Source: Octopus vulgaris (taxonomy: Eukaryota). From it: a stretch of DNA of 64,000 bases. Below the pieces are notes generated by a model, which ran no database searches, was not told the DNA's origin, and worked only from the letters and a program-made list of their open reading frames with translations. The stretch's first letter is position 1. Each line of letters opens with the position of its first letter. The stretch is taken from assembly GCA_951406725.2 (NCBI GenBank), contig OX597814.1, positions 115,754,001 to 115,818,000 of the forward strand. Reading direction: 5' to 3'. The position numbers and the translations under genes are program-made. Shown piece after piece: positions 13,188 to 24,127 of the stretch.

Positions 13188-15661
13188 CTGAGAAAAGACA
13201 GAAGGAAATAACAAAAAAACAATTGACAATCAGGTGAAATTCCTTATTCATTAATTTTTTTTAGTTGTGTTAGTCAGTCAGTCATTGATTTGCTGCTATG
13301 TTGGAGTAACACTACCTATTTCTTTACTACCCACAAGGGGCTACACACAGAGGGGACAAACAAGGACAGACAAACAGATTAAGTCGATTATATCGACCCC
13401 CAGTGCATAACTGGTACTTAATTTATCGAACCCGAAAGGATGAAAGGCAAAGTTGACCTCGGCGGAATTTGAACTCAGAAGGTAAAGACAGACGAAATAC
13501 CTATATCTTTACTACCCACAAGGGGCAACACACAGAGGGGACAAACAGATTAAGTCCATTATATCAACCCCAGTGCGTAGGTAAAGTTGACCTCAGCTGA
13601 ATTTGAACTCAGAACGTTAACGGCAGACGAAATACCGCTAAGCATTTCGCCCGGCGTGGTAACGTTTTTGCCAGCTCACCGCCTGGGGTAACACTACCTT
13701 GAAGGGTTAAGTTCAGTTGTGGGCAAACTGTGACTTGTGGGACTTTCTAAAGGGTATGTCTAACAAAAAAATTTACTGAGAATTTTTTTTAGTAGTGAGG
13801 TCCACCTGTTAACGAGCCAGGTCTCATGTGGCCAGCTTTCAATAAAGGTTGCTCGTACCTGGTTTAGCCAATCAAATAAAACTCAGCATTTATTTTATTA
13901 GTCACTTTTAGTTGAACTGCTATGTTATGGGTGACATAAACAAACACCTGTTGGCAAGCAGTTACAGACAATTACAACACACACACACACGCACGCACAC
14001 AGAGGCTCTCACACAATTTTCAACCAAATTCGACTCACAAGGCATTCATTGATCTGGGCCTATAGGATACTTGGCCAAGGTGCTGTTCAGGGGGACTGAA
14101 CCTAAAATCATGTGGTTGCAAAGTGTACTTCACCACACAGCTACAGCTATGTGATAAAAAACAAAAAAAATGTAAATGACATTAAATGTAAAAAGCACAC
14201 TTGTGTTATGAAACAAATATTTAAAAATATCTATGTATCATGCTTAATGTGAATACACAGTTGAAGGGCAAATTTACTATTGTTTTTGTCCAGAGATAAC
14301 ATCTCTTACAGATGTGCTGTGTTTAAAATCACAATATATAACACACTGGCAAGTGGAGGCCCAATGGTTAGGGCAGTGGACTCGCGGTTTCGATTCCCAG
14401 ACTGGGCGTTGTGTGTGTTTATTGAATGAAAACACCTGAAGCTCCACGAGGCTCCGGCAGGGGCTGGTGGCAACCCCTGTTGTACTCTTTCGCTCCAACT
14501 TCCTCTCACTCTTTCTTCCTGTTTCATGTCCCCGACTTCCTATGCAACCACTGAGCCTGGATGCGCATTCATCCATCTGTCGATGCGCTCGGTGTCGGGG
14601 GTTGACCTGCTTTCTCTTTTGCGGGTCTTACGAATAGCAAAGGACCACGTTTCGGACTTCTCCCACTACAGAGGCGTGATCCTGCGAGCTCTGGGACGAA
14701 GACCGCTTCGCTCAACAAACAAACAAACTAACACTGGCAAGCTGGAGGACTGCACCAGCTCCAGTCTGATTTGGCATGGTTTCTACAGCTGGATGCCATT
14801 CCTCATGCTAACCACTTTACAGAGTGGTGCAGGATGCTTTTACATGGCAACAGCACGAATACTTTTTATATGGCACTGGCATAAGACTCTAGCAGGCTAA
14901 TCCTCTTTGCCAGGGGGAGCGGCCTTAACACTTCAGCTGTGGAGTATAGGGGTCTTCTTTAGTAACAATATGGGCAGCTGTTTGCAATCCCAATACATGT
15001 TTTTTACTGTTTTCCTATACATAAGAGGTAACAAACCTCAATTAACCATGTGGATGGATGTGAGTACATGCCATTGTTGGAGCCCAAAGAGGCTGAAATT
15101 CATCTAGCATTCTCGATAGCAACGGCCGGGACAATTTTCTTCTTTCATGCCGGGCGAAATGCTTAGCGGTATTTTGTCTGTCTTTATGTTCTGAGTTCAA
15201 ATTCTGCTGAGGGTTGACTTTGCCTTTCATCCTTTTGGGGTCGATAAATTAAGTATCAGTTGCATACTGGGGTCAATCTAGTCGACTGGCCCTGTCCCCA
15301 AAAATTTTGGGGCTTGTACCAAGAGTAGAAAAGAATTTTTTTCTTTCTCTGATATATATTGTTTTGAAACAGCACATCCATAACAGATGTTATCTCTCGA
15401 TGATTACAGCAGTAAATTTGCCTTTCAACCATGTATTTACATTAAGTATGATACACAGAAAGCTATTTTAATCAAATACTAATTCTATTGCATATAACTT
15501 AGCAACTCAGTAAAAGAGATCAACAGAATAAGTACCAGACTTAAAAAGTAAGTACTGGGGTTGATTTGTTTGATTAAACCCTTCAAGATGCTGCCCCAGT
15601 TTGAACATAACCACAGTCCAATGACAGAAACAAGTAAAAAACAATCCATTCCGGTACTTAC

Positions 15662-15754
15662 CAAATCCTCCAGCACATACAATTTTTCCAGCAATCATAC
15701 CAATTGCAAAATCCCCTCGTTTAGTAGGCATTGGCGGACAGGTCACCCAACTAT
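15662..15754 (-). CDS. KLHDC8: KLHDC8 coding exon 4 (93 nt)
   Basis: Acceptor AG 15756-15755, donor GTAAGT at 15661. Reads (N)SWVTCPPMPTKRGDFAIGMIAGKIVCAGGF(G). Confidence 0.92.
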
Positions 15755-16780
15755 CTGTGAAGAATTACATAAGAACATAAATCAGTGGAAGATCATTTAT
15801 TCTGCAAACCAAGACACCCATATATGTCCCTACTATACTTTAAATCTCTCAACTGGCACAAAGTCACACCCTCTCAATACTACCCCATCTCCAAGTTGAG
15901 TGGTTTTCTATTCTGATCTGTTAGTAACTACTACAATACACAATGAGGCCTGCCAAAACAGTAACATCAACCCTGACCTAGTTAAATGGAACCCTGATTT
16001 CGGACAGCAATCAGTGTAAAGCCGAGGACAACCGCTCAAGCTTACAAACAGATCAGATTTTAGTTTCTAAACAAGCTCTCCCTACCACCCACAGGACCCT
16101 AACTAACAAACAACTGACTGCATTCAGTTTGTTTTGAAACTAGCCAAATGGACAGACCCTGAAGATGCTGCACAGAAAATCATGCCCAGCTGCATGTTTA
16201 ACTGCCCATACTTCATGTGGAAACATGTGTAGGTCACAACCACCATAAAAATATGCTGTATGAAATTATAAAATAAGAGGAAATAAATCTTGAGGATGAA
16301 CAGGAGCCCATATTCATCATCATCATTTAACGTCCGTTTTCCATGCTAGCAAGGGTTGGACATTTCGAACGGGGTCTGGGAAGTCAGGAGGCTGCACCAG
16401 GCTCCAGTCTGATCTGGCAGTGTTTCTACAGCTGGATGCCCTTCCTAACGCCAACCACTCCGAGAGTGTAGTAGTGGGTGCTTTTTACTTGCCACCGGCA
16501 CAGGTGCCAGAGGAGGCTGGCAACGGCCATGATTGGTTGGTGCTTTTTATGTGCCACCGGCACGGAAGCCAGTCAAGGTGATATTATTATAATTATTGCT
16601 AATATATATATATATATATTTCAAAAGTTAGACAGCGAAGGGAAAATAGATGAAAACTGGGTGAGAACATAACAGACAGAAAAGGGAGACAAAAACACCA
16701 ATACAAGGAACATTAACAGCTGATTTTTTCATCAGTTGGTTTCCAAGATGTCTTTGTGGTTTCATGCTATTCAAATATCT

Positions 16781-17098
16781 ATATAGTAATGACTTTTTGC
16801 CAACATAATGTGGTAGTCCCAGGATGGGACAAATATTACTGTTATTTAGAGCCAGGAAACATTGTTTCCAGCTGGCTACACGACACAAAAAATTCCGTGT
16901 CCTTATGTTTCCGAACAGGGAAGATCAGCACCTCCACCCAGCACAACCTTGCATCCATATACCGGTTTCTGGGTTATTGCCCTTTATGCTTTGTGTTGTA
17001 TAGCCAGCTGGTAATGCTGTTTCCTGGGGCTAAATAACAGTAACATTCGTCCTGTCCTAGTACTGCATCATTATGTTGGCAAAATATCATTACTTTAT
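16781..17098. repeat. Hairpin element with ~110-bp inverted arms
   Basis: 16781-16890 is the degenerate reverse complement of 16989-17098. Confidence 0.75.
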
Positions 17099-17138
17099 GG
17101 TGCTGCTACTGTATATCTTTCTGAGAGATTTAGAAATA

Positions 17139-17169
<31 letters not shown>

Positions 17170-17350
17170 TACACACATATATATATATATATCGTGACAC
17201 ATATTTGCCATTTGAATATGGCTAACCCCTAAGGGTGGATGCTACTGTAGTTTGTAGCCCCAGGAAGATATCTCCTCCAGCTGGCTATAGACACACTATC
17301 TGTGTCCTCTCAGTATTTGTGAAGGGAAGTCATCCTCCCCGTCTTCAACT

Positions 17351-17411
17351 CATGATACACACGGACTCGAGTTTCAAGGTGTTTACCTATCATCAGCGTG
17401 TGACAATCATG
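17351..17411 (-). ncRNA. Type I hammerhead ribozyme motif (identical copy, sense to the KLHDC8 pre-mRNA)
   Basis: Exact reverse complement of 17897-17957. Predicted cleavage between 17364 and 17363. Confidence 0.8.
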
Positions 17412-17896
17412 GTTGTCGATGAGAAGTCAGCTCCCTTCACAAATACATATACTTTTTCCAGTGTCGATTGACACTGATATTGAAAAAGTGAAATCAAACA
17501 ATGATAAATCTCAGAGCGAGTTATAAACAGTAGCGGTAACACATCGTGACGCATATTTGCCATTTGAATATGGCTAACCCCTAAGGGTGGATGCTACTGT
17601 AGTTTGTAGCCCCAGGAAGATATCTCCTCCAGCTGGCTATAGACACACTATCTGTGTCCTCTCAGTATTTGTGAAGGGAAGTCATCCTCCCCGTCTTCAA
17701 CTCATGATACACACGGACTCGAGTTAGGGGTTAGCCATATTCAAATGGCAAATATGCGTCACAATGTGTTATCGCTACTGTTTATAACTCGCTCTGAGAT
17801 TTATCATTGTTTGATTTCACTTTTTCAATATCAGTGTCAATCGACACTGGAAAAAGTATATGTATTTGTGAAGGGAGCTGACTTCTCATCGACAAC

Positions 17897-17957
17897 CATG
17901 ATTGTCACACGCTGATGATAGGTAAACACCTTGAAACTCGAGTCCGTGTGTATCATG
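17897..17957 (+). ncRNA. Type I hammerhead ribozyme motif
   Basis: Stem I CACACG/CGTGTG, extended by CATGAT/ATCATG. CTGATGA at 17912-17918. Stem II AGGT-AAAC-ACCT. GAAA at 17933-17936. Palindromic stem III ACTCGAGT. GTC cleavage triplet ending at 17944. Confidence 0.8.
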
Positions 17958-18157
17958 AGTTGAAGACGGGGAGGATGACTTCCCTTCACAAATACTGAGA
18001 GGACACAGATAGTGTGTCTATAGCCAGCTGGAGGAGATATCTTCCTGGGGCTACAAACTACAGTAGCATCCACCCTTAGGGGTTAGCCATATTCAAATGG
18101 CAAATATGCGTCACGATGTGTTACCGCTACTGTTTATAACTCACTCTGAGATTTATC

Positions 18158-18203
<46 letters not shown>

Positions 18204-18217
18204 TATATACATATATG

Positions 18218-18293
<76 letters not shown>

Positions 18294-18554
18294 TATATAT
18301 AGGTTCCCCACCTGGACAGGATGCCGGTCCGTCGCAGGTGAGCTGCAAGATGCAGGAGGAAAGAGTGAGAGAAAGTTGTGGCGAAAGAGTCAGCAGAAGT
18401 TTGCCATTACTTTCTGCTGGAGCCGTGTGGAGCTTAGGTGTTTCGCTCATAAACACACTCATCGCCCTGTCTGAGATTTGAACCCGTGATCCCTCGACCG
18501 CGAATTCACTGCTCTAACTACTAGGCCGATGATATATATATATATATATAGTAA

Positions 18555-18893
18555 AGGCACATGGCTCAGTGGTTAGAGCGTCAAGTCTACGATTGTGAGG
18601 TCAATTCCTGGACTGGGCTGTGTGTTGTGTTCTTGAGCAAGACACGTTATTTCATGTTGCTCCAGTTCACTCAGCTGTAGAAATGAGTTGTGACATCACT
18701 GATGTCAAGCTGTATCGGCCCCTTTGCCTCTCCCATGGATAACATCGGTGGCGTGGAGAGGGGAGGCTGGTATGCACGGGCAACTGCTGGTCTTCCATAA
18801 AAACCACCCTAGGCTGTACGTTCACCAGTGAGGCAACTTTCTTCCCTGACTTGTACCCCAGAAGGGAACCTCTTAGGTGCACCCATGGTCATC
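18555..18893 (+). mobile_element. tRNA-derived SINE; related pieces ~7050-7340 and ~25200-25500
   Basis: TGGCTCAGTGGTTAGAGC head and GTGTTCTTGAGCAAGACAC...CACTCAGCTGTA core. Confidence 0.7.
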
Positions 18894-19261
18894 ATATATC
18901 ATTATCATCATTTAATGTCTACTTTCCATGCTAGCATGGGTTGGACGATTTGACTGAGGTCTGGTGAACCAGACTCCAATCTGATCTGGCAGAGTTTCTA
19001 CAGCTGGATGCCCTTCCTAATGCCAACCACTCCAAGAGTGTAGTGGGTGCTTTTACGTGCCACTGGCACAAAGGCTAGTTTGGTGGTACTGGCAAAGGCC
19101 ATGCCCAAATGGTGCTTTTTACGTGCCACCTGCACGGTAGTCAGTCCAGCGGCACTGGCAACAACTTCGCTCGAATGTTTCACGTGCCACCAGCACAAGT
19201 GCTAGTAAGGCGATGCATTAGTAAAATACAGAAAAATCAGGACATGCCATAAAGGACTTAC

Positions 19262-19468
19262 TTTCTACAATGTTATAACATTCCAAGATATTTGAGAATC
19301 CGTCCTCTGCTTTTTGATTTAATCCTCCAACACTGAAAATATGCATGTCATCAGTAACATACATAGCAAAGACTCGCTTTGAGGGGATATTTGGTAAAGT
19401 TTCCCATTCATTCGAAGAGAAGTCAAACTTTTCAAAGACATCGACTGGAAGTTTACCTTGCCGTCCAC
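19262..19468 (-). CDS. KLHDC8: KLHDC8 coding exon 3 (207 nt)
   Basis: Acceptor AG 19470-19469, donor GTAAGT at 19261. Reads GGRQGKLPVDVFEKFD...PNIPSKRVF...FSVGGL. Confidence 0.93.
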
Positions 19469-19737
19469 CTGTTAAGAAAAGAAAATAAAACAACCATTTT
19501 ATTCATATTATACAAAAGATATCAAAGGCAAGGTGGGAGAATCATTAGCAAGTTGGACAAAAATGATTAGTGGAATTCTCCTGATTCATTAGATTCTGAG
19601 TTCAAATTCTGCCGAGGTCGACTTTGCCTTTCATCCTCTTGGGATTGATAAATTAAGTACCAGTTGCATACTGAGGTCGATATAATCAACAAGTCCCCAC
19701 CTCACAAATCTGAGGCCTTGTGCCTCCAGTAGAAAGG

Positions 19738-19769
<32 letters not shown>

Positions 19770-20746
19770 GGCAGCGAGCTGGCAGAAACATTAGCATGCC
19801 AAGCGAAAAGCTTAGCAGTATTTCATCTGTCTTTATGTCATGAGTTCAAATTCACCTGAGGTTGACTTTGTCTTTCATCCTTTCGGAGTCGATTAAATAA
19901 GTACCATTTGCGTACTGAGGTCGATCTAATTGACTGCCCCCACCACCACCACTTCCCCTCAAATTTCGGGCCTTGTGCCTAGAGTAGAAATGATTATTAT
20001 TATAAAGGTAGCGAGCTGGCAGAATTGTTAGGGCAATGGATGAAATGGTTAGGAGTATTTCACCTATTGCCATGTTCTGAGTTCGAATTCAACCTTTCAT
20101 CTCTATGAGGTCAATAAAATAAGTACCAGTTGAAAAAACTGGGGTTGATGTAATCGACTCATCCCCTTCCACAAAACTGCTGCTCTTGTGGCAAAATTTT
20201 AAACCATTATTATTATTATTATTATTATTATTGAGTGAGAAAGAAATGCATGTGATCAAAGTGACATTGGGGTACAAATATATGAAGCCCAATATACCCA
20301 TCATGACCACCCATCAGATAAGGGTACACCAGGCCCATTGCATCACGACCATGTGTGCTACATGGTGACCTTATATCAAGATAAACAGCACATGACCATG
20401 CAGGTGGGGGTTCAGTTAGAATTTTCTTCCGGCTGAGTAGCCCAACCTGCTCAAAAGATCCCTGAATGAGTGTTGTTTAAATAGAGCACTGGAAAAAATG
20501 CCTTGCGGTATCTGTTCCGGCATTTTCACACTCTCAGTTGAAATCTCACGGAAGTCGGCTTTGCTAGTCATCCTTTCAGGATAAATAATGTATTGGTTAA
20601 CTACAGGGGTCAATGTAATCCACTAGCCCCTCACCCAAAATTTCAGGCCTTGTGGCTATAATAGAAAGGATTATTATTATTAGTATATAGCCTACTTTAT
20701 TGCAATATGAGAGAAATATATTTTCATTATTGTTGTATTTCGGGAT

Positions 20747-21134
20747 ACTCTTGTACTTGTTTCAATCATTTGACTGCAGCCATGCTGGAGCACCGCCTTT
20801 AGTCGAAGAAATTGACCCCAGGACTTATTCTTTGTAAGCCTAGTACTTATTCTATTGATCTCTTTTGACGAACTGCTAAGTTACGGGGACATAAACACAC
20901 CAGCATCGGTTGTCAAGCGATGTTGGGGGGACAAACACAGACACACAAATATATATATATACATATACAAATATACGACGGGCTTCTTTCAGTTTCTGTC
21001 CACCAAATCCACTCACAAGGTTTTGGTCGGCCTGAGGTTATAATAGAAGACACTTGACCAAGGTGCCATGCAGTGGGACTGACCCGGAACCATGTGGTTG
21101 GTAAGCAAGCTACTTACCACACAGCCACTCCTGC
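20747..21134 (-). mobile_element. tRNA-derived CORE-like SINE; also 22109-22517, 34229-34620, 32740-32934, 39640-39984
   Basis: tRNA-like head, a CCTTGG(G/T)CAAGTGTCTT block, an internal (TG/TA)n tract and a GGCGGTGCTCCAGCATGGC.GCAG tail. Confidence 0.85.
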
Positions 21135-22601
21135 AGGATGGTCATTTTTTGTATTTTTTTTGACCGAATAAACACATGCACTAAATATCCATTCTTCACT
21201 GGTTTATTACAGTTCTTATTTTAACTTGTGTCCGTTGTCTGGAAGTCTTTCGGTCACACATCTGTGACCTCTTCAGTGATATTTTCTGTCATGGCGTGTG
21301 CTCCTGCTCTGCTTAGTCCATTCCGAAAAATTTCCAGACAACAGATATGAGTGAGAATAAGAACAGTAATATAAAAAAAAAAAAGACCATCCCGAAATAC
21401 AATATCTGTTTCAACACATGGTTTCACATCAGGAATCTTGCAACACAAATCCATAAACGTATATTTTATCTTTAATTATTAGGAAAGGACCCAGGAACAT
21501 TGAAATTTTAGATTTGTATCTTCGAAGTGTAATGGATTAATGTTATAAAGAAGTTAAAGATGGCTGAGACAGAAAATTAGTCTAATTACTTTATTTAATA
21601 TAGTTTAGCACTACAATACTTTGAGTTCAACTTTCAGAGGGATTAATTCTGTCTGTACTCCCTCTGCAATCTACAAAAAAAAAATACATGTAATACACAT
21701 CTGTTATTCCAATCAACTACATCTAAAACTTGTAAATGTTGGAAGCATGTCTAGTCCAAAAAACAAAAATAAATAAAAGACCTGTCTGTTGAAATAAACC
21801 AACTATTGTTTTAAGACTAGTCTTTTATCACTGGTTTATATACAACTAAGATGCTGTAATTGTTTAAGCCTTTCGTTGCTGTATTTATTTTAAGATGCTC
21901 TGTGTTTCTTTCAATTAATTTTAAGTATAACAAAGAATTTAGTAAAATAAATTAGTTATCATTCAGCTAGTGTTAGGAACATAAATTGTGACTAAGGTTT
22001 GGAGGAATATATTAATACAAAACTTATGTAAAGAAGACATTTGTACTGAGAGCCAGAGCTGCTTTCAGCCGGGTTGGTATCAAAAGAGTTGAGAATTGTT
22101 TCTCTATTACTCTTTTTACTCTTTTACTTGTTTCAGTCATCTGACTGCGGCCATGCTGGAGCACCACCTTTAGTCGAGAAAATTGACCCCAGGACTTATT
22201 CTTTGCAAGCCTTGTACTTATTCAATTGGTCTTTTTTGCCGAACCGCTAAGTTACGGGGACGCAAACACACCAGCATCGGTTGTCAAGCAATGTTGGGGG
22301 GACAAACACAGACACACAAACATATATATAAATATATATATATATACACATATATACAATGGGCTTCTTTCAGTTTCCATCTACCAAATCCACTTAGAAG
22401 GCTTTGGTCGGCCTGAGTATAGTAGAAGACACTTGCTCAAGGTGCCACATAGTGGGACTGAACCCGGAACCATGTGGTTGGTAAGCAAGCTACTTACCAT
22501 ACAGTCACTCCTGCGCCTATTTTAAATAAATATTATTGAAGTTTTTTTAAAAAATTTACGCATTTTGTTTGAATATTTAAATCACTTTCATTGGACTTTA
22601 A

Positions 22602-22815
22602 CTCTTTAGCATTCAGGTTACTTTGTGAAATACAATGTTAAGTTATCCACATTGTTTTGAATTAATCCTGCATTATCTTGTAACTTTGAGAATTCAGTGA
22701 TGTGATTATACATATATATTTTTGGATTAACATTGTAGGGTAGGTGTGAGAGGCCAGTTCTAGCCAGATTGAATATAAAACAGGGCTGGATATGGTCGGT
22801 TTAAATGCTAAAGGG
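22602..22815 (+). mobile_element. Second TTAA/piggyBac-type MITE family; also ~1569-1778, ~11666-11891, and interrupted at ~27040-27760
   Basis: TTAA-C(C/T)CTTTAGCATT...AATGCTAAAGGG-TTAA. Confidence 0.7.
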
Positions 22816-23281
22816 TTAAAATATATTTATTGTTATCTCAGACTTAAAGGCAGCGAGCTGGCAGAATCGTTAGCACACCAGGTGAAATGCGTAGCCGTAT
22901 TTCGTCTGTTGCTACGTTCTGAGTTCAAATTCTGCCGAGGTCAACTTTGCCTTTCATCGTTTTGGGGTCAATAAATTAAGTACCAGTTACACACTGGGGT
23001 CGATCTAATCGACTTAATACCTATGTCTGTCCTTGTTTGTCCCCTCTATGTTTATCCCCTTGTGGGTAATAAAGAAATAGGTATTTCGTTTGACACTACA
23101 TTCTGAGTTCAAAATCTGCCAAGTTCAACTTTGCCTTTCATCCTTTTGGGGTCAATAAATTAAGTATCAGTCAAGTACTGAGGTCGATGTGATTGACTTA
23201 CCCCAACCACCAAAATTTCGGGCCTTATACTTACAGTAGAAAGAATTATTATCCCTGACCCCATTCTTTTTTTTTTTTAAT

Positions 23282-23662
23282 TCATCATCATCATCCTCAT
23301 TTAATGTCCACTTTCCATGCTAGCATGGGTTGGACGATTTGACTGAGGTCTGGCAAACCAGATGGCTGCACCAGGCTCCAATCTGATCTGGCAGAGTTTC
23401 TACAGCTGGATGCCCTCCCTAATGAGTCCGAGAGTGTAGTGGGTGCTTTTATGTGCCACCAGCACGAGAGCCAGTCAGGCGGTACTGGCAACAGCCACGC
23501 TGAAATGGTGCTTTTTATGTGCCACCTGCACAGGGGCCAGCCCAGCGGCACTGGCAATGACCTTGCTTGAATGTTTTTTTTACGTGCCACCAGCACAGGT
23601 GCCAGTAAGGCAACGCAGGTAACGATCACGCTTGAATGGTGCTTTTTACATGCCACCTGCAT
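23282..23662 (-). mobile_element. Interspersed retroposon family with internal subrepeats and GGAC(G/A)TTAAA-(GAT)n tail; also 66-213, 282-433, 16312-16582, 18902-19213, 27774-28180, 30452-30825, 34830-35286
   Basis: Shared TTAGGAAGGGCATCCAGCTGTAGAAAC block, variable 5' truncation and a microsatellite tail. Confidence 0.8.
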
Positions 23663-23962
23663 ATACTACAGAATCTAGGAGACCATCCTAACAAGCCTTT
23701 GGCATGGGAAGGACCTTTTGATTTTTTTTTTTGTTTTTTTGTTCATTAATTGTAATCATCTTTGCCTCTGGTCATTGGTCTGCTAAATGAAGACCAACCT
23801 GGGGCTAAACAAACAATAATACATACACACAAACTCTCTCACTCTCTCTCTCTCTCTCACACACACACACAAACACCACCACCACACTCTCTTAAAAGGT
23901 TTGATAAAGTAAAAACACAAATCTTATAACATGGTTGGCTGCTTACCAATTCCAAAACTTAC

Positions 23963-24127
23963 CGATTACATAGAGCTGGTTATCTATAAGAAATGAGAAA
24001 GTTGCATAGCGTTCGGTGGGCATCGGTGGTAAGCTTTTCCAGACATTTTTCTCCACATCGTAAGACATGAAATAGTTACGAGGGTTCCCATCTGCTGCCA
24101 TACCGCCAACGACAATTACATTACCAT
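23963..24127 (-). CDS. KLHDC8: KLHDC8 coding exon 2 (165 nt)
   Basis: Acceptor AG 24129-24128, donor GTAAGT at 23962. Reads (D)GNVIVVGGMAADGNP...MPTERYATFSFLIDNQLYVI(G). Phase 1/1 joins in frame with the neighbouring exons. Confidence 0.93.

Larger units (their letters stand above)
17191..18160. mobile_element. 352-bp-unit tandem plus inverted repeat with hammerheads (retrozyme / Penelope pseudo-LTR-like)
   Basis: The left arm 17191-17725 has period 352 (17193 vs 17545). The right arm 17724-18160 is the reverse complement. Only a few CpG-type mismatches; both ends abut (TA)n tracts. Confidence 0.8.

Noticed and set aside
17235-18073. Two identical 78-aa ORFs on opposite strands
   Set aside because: By-product of the inverted duplication. 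GTG start, antisense to the ribozyme strand, no recognisable domain.
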